Positions 52,701 to 60,572 of a stretch of DNA of 64,000 nt are shown here, in pieces. The notes below the pieces were generated by a model that saw only the letters and a program-made list of their open reading frames with translations, was not told the origin of the DNA and did no database searches. The stretch lies in NCBI GenBank assembly GCA_013288185.1, contig JABDCK010000001.1:581-64580 (forward strand), read 5' to 3'. A program made the translations under genes and the position numbers. The DNA comes from Gammaproteobacteria bacterium (GTDB taxonomy: Bacteria > Pseudomonadota > Gammaproteobacteria > Berkiellales > Berkiellaceae). Position 1 is the stretch's first letter, and each line of letters begins with the position of its first letter.

Positions 52701-52907
52701 GATAGTAAAAAAGTAGATGCGTTATTTAATTATGCTCAAGCGCTTATTGCGCAAACGGGCGATAGAATTCTAGGTTCTCAATATTATAATAAAGAATATG
52801 ACTTACCTATTTTTAAAGCTTGCAGCACTTCTCCTGATGCCTGTTTAAGAGCAATGAGCAATATTGAACCACCGTTACTTTCTGTGCCTAAGAGAGTACC
52901 TGGATAG
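49728..52907 (+). CDS. Candidate effector: helical N-terminus, VIP2-type mono-ADP-ribosyltransferase and SidE-type phosphodiesterase domain
   Basis: mART: AAINIYT..MNALLRDG, TYRY, SAFFSF, GKDVTPIS..EKEYLIPP. PDE: RPNHGLAHTLR, VGRKSE, AHNLDLLRC. Confidence 0.8.
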   Translation: MATQGPETEEEIRKRILETATDDLSAFSYEQLKLALDSSILPYENQPYDEPLLDKLLSCNQLLVKDYLEAFITADANQNVAVCAKLTSSDKLKTDILALAFVNLENYITSFIIKPQPTVEKAQEYLQDVKFYFSWIFYFEPSLAAKRPASIQENILSENSKPNYINCKEIYDFFDENLTDPQNEAFNTKVKSITENLHNTFRQATKEYLENPVAYHQHDWFQKCYNIYNFLIYACAREDTATLAALLQKDLTQYLLLSEQGGTARILYLLNIICRNNSASVFRVLLEHQEICQKILPENWYEALRTAISQDPEKNFEMVNEFIAVAYNGLISAELPVVIDIERSFKKADAFRKGSGDKIFSDFPAASSMPEVGELIEGPKIKNQMTFNLEYIVQSLLKDPESVTLSLQGENYIATVGGRSFYLNEMLQKADLTQLSLSPEDFLLYEHFLETDSTIKPSLISNSQDLIADRETLMRLAEKTSLEKLHYAELAAINIYTQPSFFSDMNALLRDGRIVSNPSDVSLVKEILLHCVMATSGLSHTPDQLLDNFTYRYDRELPEEVLQSRIQSAESLKGSPAVAEESAFFSFAIGNPAPNFEIRCSSRTICYGLQGKDVTPISFYQHEKEYLIPPTQMRWLAHEEIQGEHYFFAVPVNTPIGLKADAGPGQVIPREEDFFTQIIETMRKVITEEIDTSEPWVAKKIAECKAIKHAAIKLQKNTDLSFEQKFYAIMPLLASFNHQNMPNISEEYSMTAQVRSSLYLFKRNLQKLQKFEEKLKDSLHYKNALPELTGAMKAVNSLLQEPFGTGENIPLEDDKYYQACPWDWVLSMPDGTAIQRPNHGLAHTLRTAQYVPIVAQYLIESNPERFQFSDQEIKRMQFILLFFIVGRKSEIGHSMNAEMYDEFRTLSAEAFKKYCREHSDEATSLFESDNFESSELFQKYYQLLKIGTPPPGETSKGIDWVLYMAHNLDLLRCRGPDEIEEIKTKFAEVIPDSKKVDALFNYAQALIAQTGDRILGSQYYNKEYDLPIFKACSTSPDACLRAMSNIEPPLLSVPKRVPG

Positions 52908-53019
52908 CCTTGCTTAACTTTATGAGGTTGTTCAGAAATATTCAATCAAGTCGATATAGCTATATAAGCAAATATTTAATTATATGCAGTGTATATATTG
53001 ACAGAGCGGTGGGCATAAC

Positions 53020-55626
53020 ATGATAAATATTAAATTGCTCAATACATTCATTAAAAAAGAAGATTTACATAACATTACAAAAATGCTTGCGCATGCTATT
53101 AGTGAAAATAATATAGAAAATGTAAAAGCAATTTTAACCAAGTTAAAATCACATAAATCACTATTAATAAAATCTTTGAATAATGACATGCCCCCTTTGT
53201 TATTCCAAGCAATTAACATGAATAATATTAATATGGTAAAAGCCTTGTTGAAAGCGGGAGCAGATATTGAAGCTAAAGATTTAAATGATTCAACTGCACT
53301 GATGTATGCTACTGATAGAGACATAGCACAAGTCTTGTTGAAAGCAGGAGCAAATATTGAAGCTAAGAATTCAATGGGTTGGACTGCGCTTATGAATGCA
53401 GCTTATAACAATGATATTAACATGGTGCAAACCTTGCTGGATGCAGGAGCGGATAAAAATACGGTGAATCCAGATGGTACTACCGCATTGGGAATTGCAA
53501 CTCAATATAAAAATATTGATGCCATGAGGATATTAAGAAAAGCAGGGATTAGAGATATTCCATCTCAAGAGAAAATTAATGCTAAGCTTTTAAAATTTAA
53601 TGAACTTAATGCAGCAAAAGGTGGGGAGTGGAAAAATTTTATAGATAAAGATGGAAATTGTAATGGTTATGCCTTTCTTTTTGCATATTATGCAACTAAA
53701 AAAAAGTTACCTGAATTATATGATATGCTTGACTATTTTATTGATTGGGATGAAGATTTAAATTCTTTAACCACAGACTCATTGCCAGAATCCTTAAAAG
53801 ATAAATTTACTCCCAAAAATCCTAAGCATGTAACGCGCGGCGGTGAGGAACTCTTTAACTATTTTACTTCGCAATTGGCATTATTTCAAAACTCCATGAT
53901 ATCTGAAGTTAATATTAATGTTGGCTCAATTGAAAGGTCAAAGCTATATAATATTGTAAGAAGACCTGAAGAAGACCCAGAGCTCCATAATATTTTTCAA
54001 TTATATGGTGTCCATATTAATTTAAACAACGTTAAAGATTTAATTGGCTTTTTTAAAAGATGGCGGTGTGGTTGCGTTGATTTGTATGTAAATGTACCTA
54101 ACGACATTATGCATGCAGTAACCCTTATGGTAGATCCAAATAACGGTGCAATATTATATTATGATTCTAACTTTTCAAAAGAACCTGTGCCGATTGATTC
54201 TGTTGAAGATGTCGTAGAATTAATAGCGCACACTGCGAAAATATTTAATCCTGGTGGAGAATTAAGTGATAGTTACATTAGTACTATTAGCGCTTATCAA
54301 TTTGGAGAATCTACGTTTAAATTTACCATGACACCTGAAGAAGCCGAATCGGATTGGGGCAGGATATTTATTGGTGCGCTTCAAGAAGAAAAAACGGAAA
54401 TTCTATATGGTATTAAGGAAGCATTAAAAGAAAAACCAGAGCATTTTGAAAAACTTATAGATAACCAAGATTCAAATGGTACTACTTTGCTTATGTATGC
54501 AGCTTATCAAGGTGATATTAACACTGTGCAAGCTTTGCTGAAAGTAGGAGCAAATAGTGAAGCTAAAGATTCAGATGGTTTAACTGCGTTTTTATTAGCT
54601 GCAGATCGAAATTATCCCCTTAACGCCGATGGTAATTATCTCGATACTGTTAAGGCATTGAAGGAAGCAGGAGCAGATATTGAAGCTAAAAAGCCAAATG
54701 GTTCTACTGGGCTCATGTGTGCGGCAAGCAAGGGCGATATTGACATGCTAAAAACCTTATTGGAGTTAGGAGCAAATAGAGAAGCAGTGAATAAAGATGG
54801 TTTAACGGCAATGATGCTAGCTACTCGATATAACCATCCCGATATCGTGAATATATTGAAGTGGTGGGAGGTTTGTGACAGGCGTATTCAAGAAAGTAAT
54901 TTACCTGAAATTAGAAGAATGCTTGACATTGTTATTCATGAAAATGATATAGAAAATTTACATATCATTTTAGCCGCACTAAAATCAAATAAACCCTTAT
55001 TAAGAGATGCTTTGAATGCGATAGATAATAATGGTTTAACTGCGTTGATGTATGGAAATGGGGCAACAGTAAAAATCTTGTTAGATGCCGGAGCCGATAT
55101 AGAGATTAAAAATCCTTATGGTTTCACAGCGCTTATGATAGCGTGCCAAAAATGTGATATTCAGATGGTGCAAGCCTTGTTGGCAGCGGGAGCAGATAAA
55201 GAAGCTAAAGAACCAAATGGTTGGACTGCATTTATGCTAGCCGCAGAACTAAATTATCTAGATATTCTTAAGATATTGAAAGAAGCAGGAGCAGATAGTG
55301 AAGCTAAAGATCCTAATGGTTTCACTATGCTGATGCGTGCGGCTGGCAATGGTGATATTAACATGGTACAAATCTTGCTGAAAGCAGGAGCAAATAGTGA
55401 CACCGTGAGTTCATCTGGTGTAACGGCAATGATGCTAGCTACTCAAAATAACCATCCTGATATCGTTAAACTATTGAAAGAATCAGCTATGCAGCAGAAC
55501 GTAGAGCGGAATGTTGAGAATCAGCGAAGTTTTTTGCCTATGCATGAGAGCAAGAAACATGAAATTAAAAAGGTAGATATAGAAACTAAAAGTCTAGAAG
55601 AGAGCAATAAAAATAAACCAGACTAA
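53020..55626 (+). CDS. Ankyrin-repeat protein with central C58/YopT-like cysteine protease domain
   Basis: ANK repeats (G.TALM.A....A.IEAKD) flank GNCNGYAF ... MHAVTL ... YYDSN. Confidence 0.8.
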   Translation: MINIKLLNTFIKKEDLHNITKMLAHAISENNIENVKAILTKLKSHKSLLIKSLNNDMPPLLFQAINMNNINMVKALLKAGADIEAKDLNDSTALMYATDRDIAQVLLKAGANIEAKNSMGWTALMNAAYNNDINMVQTLLDAGADKNTVNPDGTTALGIATQYKNIDAMRILRKAGIRDIPSQEKINAKLLKFNELNAAKGGEWKNFIDKDGNCNGYAFLFAYYATKKKLPELYDMLDYFIDWDEDLNSLTTDSLPESLKDKFTPKNPKHVTRGGEELFNYFTSQLALFQNSMISEVNINVGSIERSKLYNIVRRPEEDPELHNIFQLYGVHINLNNVKDLIGFFKRWRCGCVDLYVNVPNDIMHAVTLMVDPNNGAILYYDSNFSKEPVPIDSVEDVVELIAHTAKIFNPGGELSDSYISTISAYQFGESTFKFTMTPEEAESDWGRIFIGALQEEKTEILYGIKEALKEKPEHFEKLIDNQDSNGTTLLMYAAYQGDINTVQALLKVGANSEAKDSDGLTAFLLAADRNYPLNADGNYLDTVKALKEAGADIEAKKPNGSTGLMCAASKGDIDMLKTLLELGANREAVNKDGLTAMMLATRYNHPDIVNILKWWEVCDRRIQESNLPEIRRMLDIVIHENDIENLHIILAALKSNKPLLRDALNAIDNNGLTALMYGNGATVKILLDAGADIEIKNPYGFTALMIACQKCDIQMVQALLAAGADKEAKEPNGWTAFMLAAELNYLDILKILKEAGADSEAKDPNGFTMLMRAAGNGDINMVQILLKAGANSDTVSSSGVTAMMLATQNNHPDIVKLLKESAMQQNVERNVENQRSFLPMHESKKHEIKKVDIETKSLEESNKNKPD

Positions 55627-55648
55627 ATCAGAAAACCAAGAGGAATTG

Positions 55649-57679
55649 ATGCGTTTACTATTTAGTTTAACAGTTTTTATCAGCGCTTTTTTATTGTTTT
55701 TTGTACAGCCGCTATTAGCTAAACGTTTATTACCCGCTTTTGGTGGGTCATCCTTTGTATGGATTGCGAGTATCTTATTTTTTCAACTAGGATTATTGCT
55801 GGGTTATACGTATGCCGCTCTTTTAGTTAAATTTTTCTCAGACCGGCAGCAAGCTATTATCCACTTTATTTTACTGGGCGTGTCATTTTATTTTATACCC
55901 CTTAGCCTAGAGCCTACCATTATCGTCAATACGCCTTGGCCACCGTTAACGGTAATATCTTTATTAACCTCCAGTGCACTATTACCGTTTATGATGATAT
56001 CTGCCTCAAGCCCACTGCTTCAGCAGTGGTATTGCCAAATTTGTCGTACAGAGTTTCCGTATTTTTATTATGCCATTTCAAATTTTGGCTCTCTTTTAGG
56101 TTTGTTGGGATATCCCTTGTTATTAGAACCTTTATGGGGCCTGCGGTTTCAAATGAAAGCCTGGTCATTATTGTACGCCATTTATGCGCTTTTATGTATA
56201 ATGTGTTTAGTTCCTTTGTTTAAACTTCAGCAAAAACCCCAGACTGTAGCGTCTCACACAAAGGTAATACAAGTAATACCCTGGTTGGGCTTAACTTTTT
56301 TAAGTAGTACATTACTATTATCCATTACGCAATTTCTTACGCAAAATGTTATTAATATGCCTTTGATTTGGGTGCTACCTTTGGCATTATATTTGATTTC
56401 CTATATTGTGGTTTTTTCTAAAGATAAAAAATATGACCGTGAATTCTGGTCTGCGTCCTTTTTAATTTGGCTTGCATTGGCAACCATGCTCATTTATTTC
56501 AATCAACAAAATGGCTGGCAAGCGGTAATTGTGGTTTTAAGTTTATTGTATTGTGCATGCATGATATGTCATGGAGAATTGATTCGTTTGAAACCGCAGC
56601 AGAAAGATTTAACCTTGTTTTATCTGTTTATAGCTTTGGGCGGTGTGCTAGGTGGTATTTTTGTTAATATTGTTGCACTAGGATTCTTTAAGGATCGCTG
56701 GGATTTTTATATTCCCATTTTAATAGTCAATGGGTTTGTGATGTTAATCACTTTAAAAATTTATCAAAAAACATTAAAAAAATGGGATTTTGGTGTGGCG
56801 CTTTTGAGTGTGTGCACGGCAATGGTTTGGATATTGGTGACTTGCTTTCATTTTTATGCACAAAAAAATACACTTATTGCCCAATACCGAAATACCTACG
56901 GACTTATTCGTATCTATGATATTGATTATCAGGACTCAACAAAGAATATCAGAATATTAATGCATGGGACTATTATGCATGGGTTACAATTTAAAGGGGA
57001 TAATAAAAAATTATTGCCCACTACGTATTATGGGCGGGGTTCTGGTGTATGGTTAGCTGCTGAATTTTTGCATCAACATCATCAGCCATTACACATGGGG
57101 GTGATTGGTCTGGGAGCAGGGACGCTGGCGGCCATTGGAAAAAAACATGAGCGCATTACCTTTTATGAAATTGATAAAGACGTCAAAGAGATTGCGCTGC
57201 AAGATTTTAGTTACTTAACGGATTCTCCAGCTGAAACGCAGGTGATATTAGGAGATGCCAGAATTCAACTCCAAAAAGAATTAATGGCGCAAGGTTCCCG
57301 CCAATATAATTTGCTTGTCATTGATGCGTTTAATGGTGATGCAACGCCATTTCACTTAATAACAAAAGAAGCAATGCAATTGTATATGGCACATTTGGCC
57401 AAAAATGGCATTTTAGCGTTCAATATTAGTAATAATTATGTAGATTTTCTACCGGTCACTACCGCCTTAGCCAATGCGCAAGGCTGTCAACTGTATTGGG
57501 TGAAAAACGGCTCTGATGAAGAAACTGCCGTGACAAGATCAATGTGGGTGCTTATTTCCTGTAATGCGCAGTTAGGTCCCTGGTTAGCCCAGCAGAAAAT
57601 CCAATGGGGAACCGATAAGTATGTTATTCCATATTTATGGACAGATGATTTCAATAGTGTATTGCCACTATTAAAGTAA
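55649..57679 (+). CDS. Membrane-anchored spermidine synthase-like SAM methyltransferase (fused MFS-like/SpeE)
   Basis: FISAFLLFFVQP, CHGEL, HGTIMHG.Q, TTYY, GVIGLGAG, YEID, GDAR, IDAF...PFHLITKEA, WTDD. Confidence 0.88.
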   Translation: MRLLFSLTVFISAFLLFFVQPLLAKRLLPAFGGSSFVWIASILFFQLGLLLGYTYAALLVKFFSDRQQAIIHFILLGVSFYFIPLSLEPTIIVNTPWPPLTVISLLTSSALLPFMMISASSPLLQQWYCQICRTEFPYFYYAISNFGSLLGLLGYPLLLEPLWGLRFQMKAWSLLYAIYALLCIMCLVPLFKLQQKPQTVASHTKVIQVIPWLGLTFLSSTLLLSITQFLTQNVINMPLIWVLPLALYLISYIVVFSKDKKYDREFWSASFLIWLALATMLIYFNQQNGWQAVIVVLSLLYCACMICHGELIRLKPQQKDLTLFYLFIALGGVLGGIFVNIVALGFFKDRWDFYIPILIVNGFVMLITLKIYQKTLKKWDFGVALLSVCTAMVWILVTCFHFYAQKNTLIAQYRNTYGLIRIYDIDYQDSTKNIRILMHGTIMHGLQFKGDNKKLLPTTYYGRGSGVWLAAEFLHQHHQPLHMGVIGLGAGTLAAIGKKHERITFYEIDKDVKEIALQDFSYLTDSPAETQVILGDARIQLQKELMAQGSRQYNLLVIDAFNGDATPFHLITKEAMQLYMAHLAKNGILAFNISNNYVDFLPVTTALANAQGCQLYWVKNGSDEETAVTRSMWVLISCNAQLGPWLAQQKIQWGTDKYVIPYLWTDDFNSVLPLLK

Positions 57680-57916
57680 TGCGCTATCCTGCTTTTCGCA
57701 GGATGTGGTTGAGATCTATTTCTTCTGGAATATTATTATGCAAATGGAAAAGCGTAGTGATATTTTGCCGTAACTTAAGAAAAATGTTTTCAACCACCTC
57801 ATGCAAATTATCTGATTTTTCCAGCCATTCATCAGAATTCACGCCATAAATGTTGCATTTATTTTTGGATCTCCATTAATATTAAGTTCTTTAAATAACA
57901 TAAAGAGGAATCCATT

Positions 57917-58840
57917 ATGCCATTATTAAATATACGTAAACATGCCGCTGATCTTGCTGCTGCACGTGCAGCAGCAGCACCCGCGGCAGTGCCAGTTGCA
58001 CCTGCAGCTGCACCCGCAGCACGGGTTGCACCACCTGCTCCCGCAGTACGGGTTGCACCACCTGCAGCGCATGTTGTACCAGCTGCTAGACGCCAGGCAA
58101 ACGCCGCACAAGCTGCACGCTTAGCTGCAGAGTATGCAGATAGAGCAGTTGCAAGACCTGCACCTGTTGATGATTTAGCGGATGATTTACAAGAAGTAGC
58201 GGATTACTTAACTCGGCTAGCAGAGGATCCTTCACTTAGGCAGCGAGCAGAGCAAGAAGCCATGGATCGCGCACTTGCACAACAGCTTGATGAAGAATTG
58301 AATGCTGCACCTGAACGACCAGCACCAGCTGCACCTGCTGCACCCGCGCCAGCCGCACCTGAACGACCAGTACCTGCTCCGATGTTAGATCCTATAACAG
58401 GCACGATAATGGTTGATCCCGTATTATTGCCAGATGGTCAATCGGTTAGTAGAGTGAACGCGCCAAGCGGCGCACATGTTATACCGAATCGTGCATTAGC
58501 AGATGTTATTGAATTATTTAAAAATCAGCTTCCAGATGATCTGCTTCCAGATGATCTGCTTCCAGATGCTGCGATGCCACAACAAGCACCCGAGCCCTTG
58601 TGTGACATGTTTCTGCAAAATGTAATGGAAAATCCTGTTACAACACCTTATGGCTATACTTATGAATATGCTTCAATCATGCAGCATCTTAACAACGATC
58701 AAGATTTTGATCCTAACAACCGACAGCCCTTACGTGCTGATCAACTTATCCCAAACTTAGCAATAAAGGAGTTATGTCGGTTGTGGATGCAAAATGAACA
58801 ACAGCCAACACCCGCTGCTGGTTTGAGAGCGCGTCCTTAA
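57917..58840 (+). CDS. LubX-like tandem U-box protein with Pro/Ala-rich N-terminus and UIM/MIU-like helix
   Basis: DPITGTIMVDPV...PNRALADVI; LCDMFLQNVMENPVTTPYGYTYE..SI..HL....DPNNRQPL....LIPNLAIKE; EQEAMDRALAQQLDEE. Confidence 0.85.
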   Translation: MPLLNIRKHAADLAAARAAAAPAAVPVAPAAAPAARVAPPAPAVRVAPPAAHVVPAARRQANAAQAARLAAEYADRAVARPAPVDDLADDLQEVADYLTRLAEDPSLRQRAEQEAMDRALAQQLDEELNAAPERPAPAAPAAPAPAAPERPVPAPMLDPITGTIMVDPVLLPDGQSVSRVNAPSGAHVIPNRALADVIELFKNQLPDDLLPDDLLPDAAMPQQAPEPLCDMFLQNVMENPVTTPYGYTYEYASIMQHLNNDQDFDPNNRQPLRADQLIPNLAIKELCRLWMQNEQQPTPAAGLRARP

Positions 58841-58853
58841 TCGCGGATTCACA

Positions 58854-58886
58854 GAAAAAAGCCACTTAAATAGTGGCTTTTTTTTC
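58854..58886 (+). terminator. Rho-independent terminator
   Basis: AAAAAAGCCACT-TAAAT-AGTGGCTTTTTTTT. Confidence 0.85.
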
Positions 58887-58989
58887 GTCTGATTTTTACT
58901 ACCACTTATCGCATTTTTATTGAATATCAGCGTGAAATTGAATTAATATGGATTACGTTATTTAACCAACTAACCTTAAGGGGTAAATT

Positions 58990-60066
58990 ATGCCATTACT
59001 TAATATTCGTAAACATGCTGCAGAAGTTCAAGTAAGACGTATTATGGAAGCAGCAGCTTTGGAAGCACAACGTGTTCTGAATGCAGCTACTGCCATTCAA
59101 GCGGCTTTCCGTGGATATCGTGAACGTCTAGAAAATCCATTAGCAGCTCGTCGCGCTGCTGTCGCACCTGCACCAGTTGTTGCTGTTCCTGATTTTGATA
59201 CACCTGCACCAGTTGCTGCTGCTGCAGCTCCTCGATCTTTAGTTGCTGAAAGAACCGCAGCACTTACTGCACGCACTGCTGTTGCTACACCAGCACCAGT
59301 TGCTGCTCCAGCACGTAGGCCTGCAGTGGCTGCTAAGCCTAAGCAGTCTCCAGTAGTTGCCGCTGCCGCACCTGCGCCCGCTCCTGTTGCTGCCGCACCT
59401 GCACCCGCACCTGTTGTTGTCGATGCACCTGTTGAACAAGTACAACCTTCAGCAATTCGTGCACGTGAAAGGGCTGCACAAGCTGCTGAAAGACGAGTTG
59501 CTGTTGCTGAAGAAGCTGCTGTTCCCGTCGCTGATGTTGCTGAACGTGTTGCTGCTCCAGCTTTCGCTACTGTAGAAATTGTTGAGCCTGTTGCTGAACA
59601 AGCACCCGTTGCTGCAAATTTAATGGATATGGAAGTGCCTCCTACTCTTGATGCATTATTACCTGCGCAACCTGCTGTTGCTGAAGAAGTTGCTGTTGTT
59701 GCTGAACCAGCACCCGTTGCTTCAAATTTAATGGATATGGATATGGAAGTGCCTCCTACTCTTGATGCAATATTACCTGCGCAACCTGCTGCTGTTGCTG
59801 AACCAGCACCCGTTGCTATACCATCAGATGAAGTAGGTGCACGGTTAGAAGCTGCAATAGGACAACTAGCAGCAGCTGCTGTTGCTGAAGCTGCTCTTGC
59901 TGTACCAGCATTAGATGGTTTTGTTACACAAGGCCAATTGGTCCAATTACAAGTGGAGCGTATTCGTGCTGCAGAAAGAGCTGCCGCTGAAGCAAGAGCT
60001 GCCGCTGATACGCAGGCGCGAGCTGGTGTAATTGGTGGAATCATGAGATTATTTGGAAGAAAATAA
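58990..60066 (+). CDS. Ala/Pro/Val-rich candidate effector with IQ calmodulin-binding motif
   Basis: AATAIQAAFRGYRER; duplicated NLMDMEVPPTLDA.LPAQPA; same N-terminus as the 57917 gene. Confidence 0.8.
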   Translation: MPLLNIRKHAAEVQVRRIMEAAALEAQRVLNAATAIQAAFRGYRERLENPLAARRAAVAPAPVVAVPDFDTPAPVAAAAAPRSLVAERTAALTARTAVATPAPVAAPARRPAVAAKPKQSPVVAAAAPAPAPVAAAPAPAPVVVDAPVEQVQPSAIRARERAAQAAERRVAVAEEAAVPVADVAERVAAPAFATVEIVEPVAEQAPVAANLMDMEVPPTLDALLPAQPAVAEEVAVVAEPAPVASNLMDMDMEVPPTLDAILPAQPAAVAEPAPVAIPSDEVGARLEAAIGQLAAAAVAEAALAVPALDGFVTQGQLVQLQVERIRAAERAAAEARAAADTQARAGVIGGIMRLFGRK

Positions 60067-60084
60067 TTCTTCCTTAGGATATGT

Positions 60085-60117
60085 AAAAAGCCACCCTCCT
60101 CCGGTGGCTTTTTTTTG
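60085..60117 (+). terminator. Rho-independent terminator
   Basis: AAAAAGCCACC-CTCCTCC-GGTGGCTTTTTTT. Confidence 0.85.
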
Positions 60118-60140
60118 TCCAAAATTTATCCAATTAGCCC

Positions 60141-60186
60141 TTGACAAGGGTATTTTTTTGTTATATTGTATTATTGTAATAGTACA
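60141..60186 (+). promoter_or_regulatory. sigma70 promoter of the his operon with overlapping TrpR-like operator
   Basis: -35 TTGACA (60141); -10 region TATATT/TATTGT; palindrome TGTATTATTGTAATAGTACA (60167-60186). Confidence 0.7.
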
Positions 60187-60209
60187 TTGTTACCTAAAGG
60201 AAAAAGCGC

Positions 60210-60572
60210 ATGAAGACTCGTCATGATGATTCAGAAAGTATAGAAGCTGAGCATCGACTTTATGAAGCCATAGTATCGCTCAAATCCGTTGAGGAGGCGA
60301 AGCAGTTTTTTGAAGATTTGTGTACCCCCACGGAACGCCAAGCCATGTCAGACCGGTGGCGTGTCGTGGAACCTGTTAAGCAAGAGATCCCGTATCGTAC
60401 TATTTACGAACAAACGGGTGTGAGTGTGACCACTATTGGTCGTGTCGCGCGTTGTTTATCGCTTGGAACAGGGGGGTATAACCTGGTTTATGAACGTTTA
60501 AAGAGGAAAACCCATGCAGACAAGCGCAAGACTTACGATAGCAATTCAGAAAAAGGGCCGCCTGAGCGATGA
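60210..60572 (+). CDS. YerC/YecD family TrpR-related repressor (HisR-like)
   Basis: FFEDLCTPTERQAMSDRW, YRTIYEQTGVSVTTIGRVARCL..G.GGY. Confidence 0.9.
   Translation: MKTRHDDSESIEAEHRLYEAIVSLKSVEEAKQFFEDLCTPTERQAMSDRWRVVEPVKQEIPYRTIYEQTGVSVTTIGRVARCLSLGTGGYNLVYERLKRKTHADKRKTYDSNSEKGPPER

Noticed and set aside
58990-60066. SidJ-like calmodulin-dependent regulator of the mART-PDE protein
   Set aside because: Has an IQ motif but no pseudokinase domain; proximity alone is insufficient.
59097-60122. 341-aa antisense Ala/Thr/Gly-rich ORF
   Set aside because: Shadow of GCT/GCA/CCT codon bias in the plus-strand gene, which has an RBS, motifs and a terminator.
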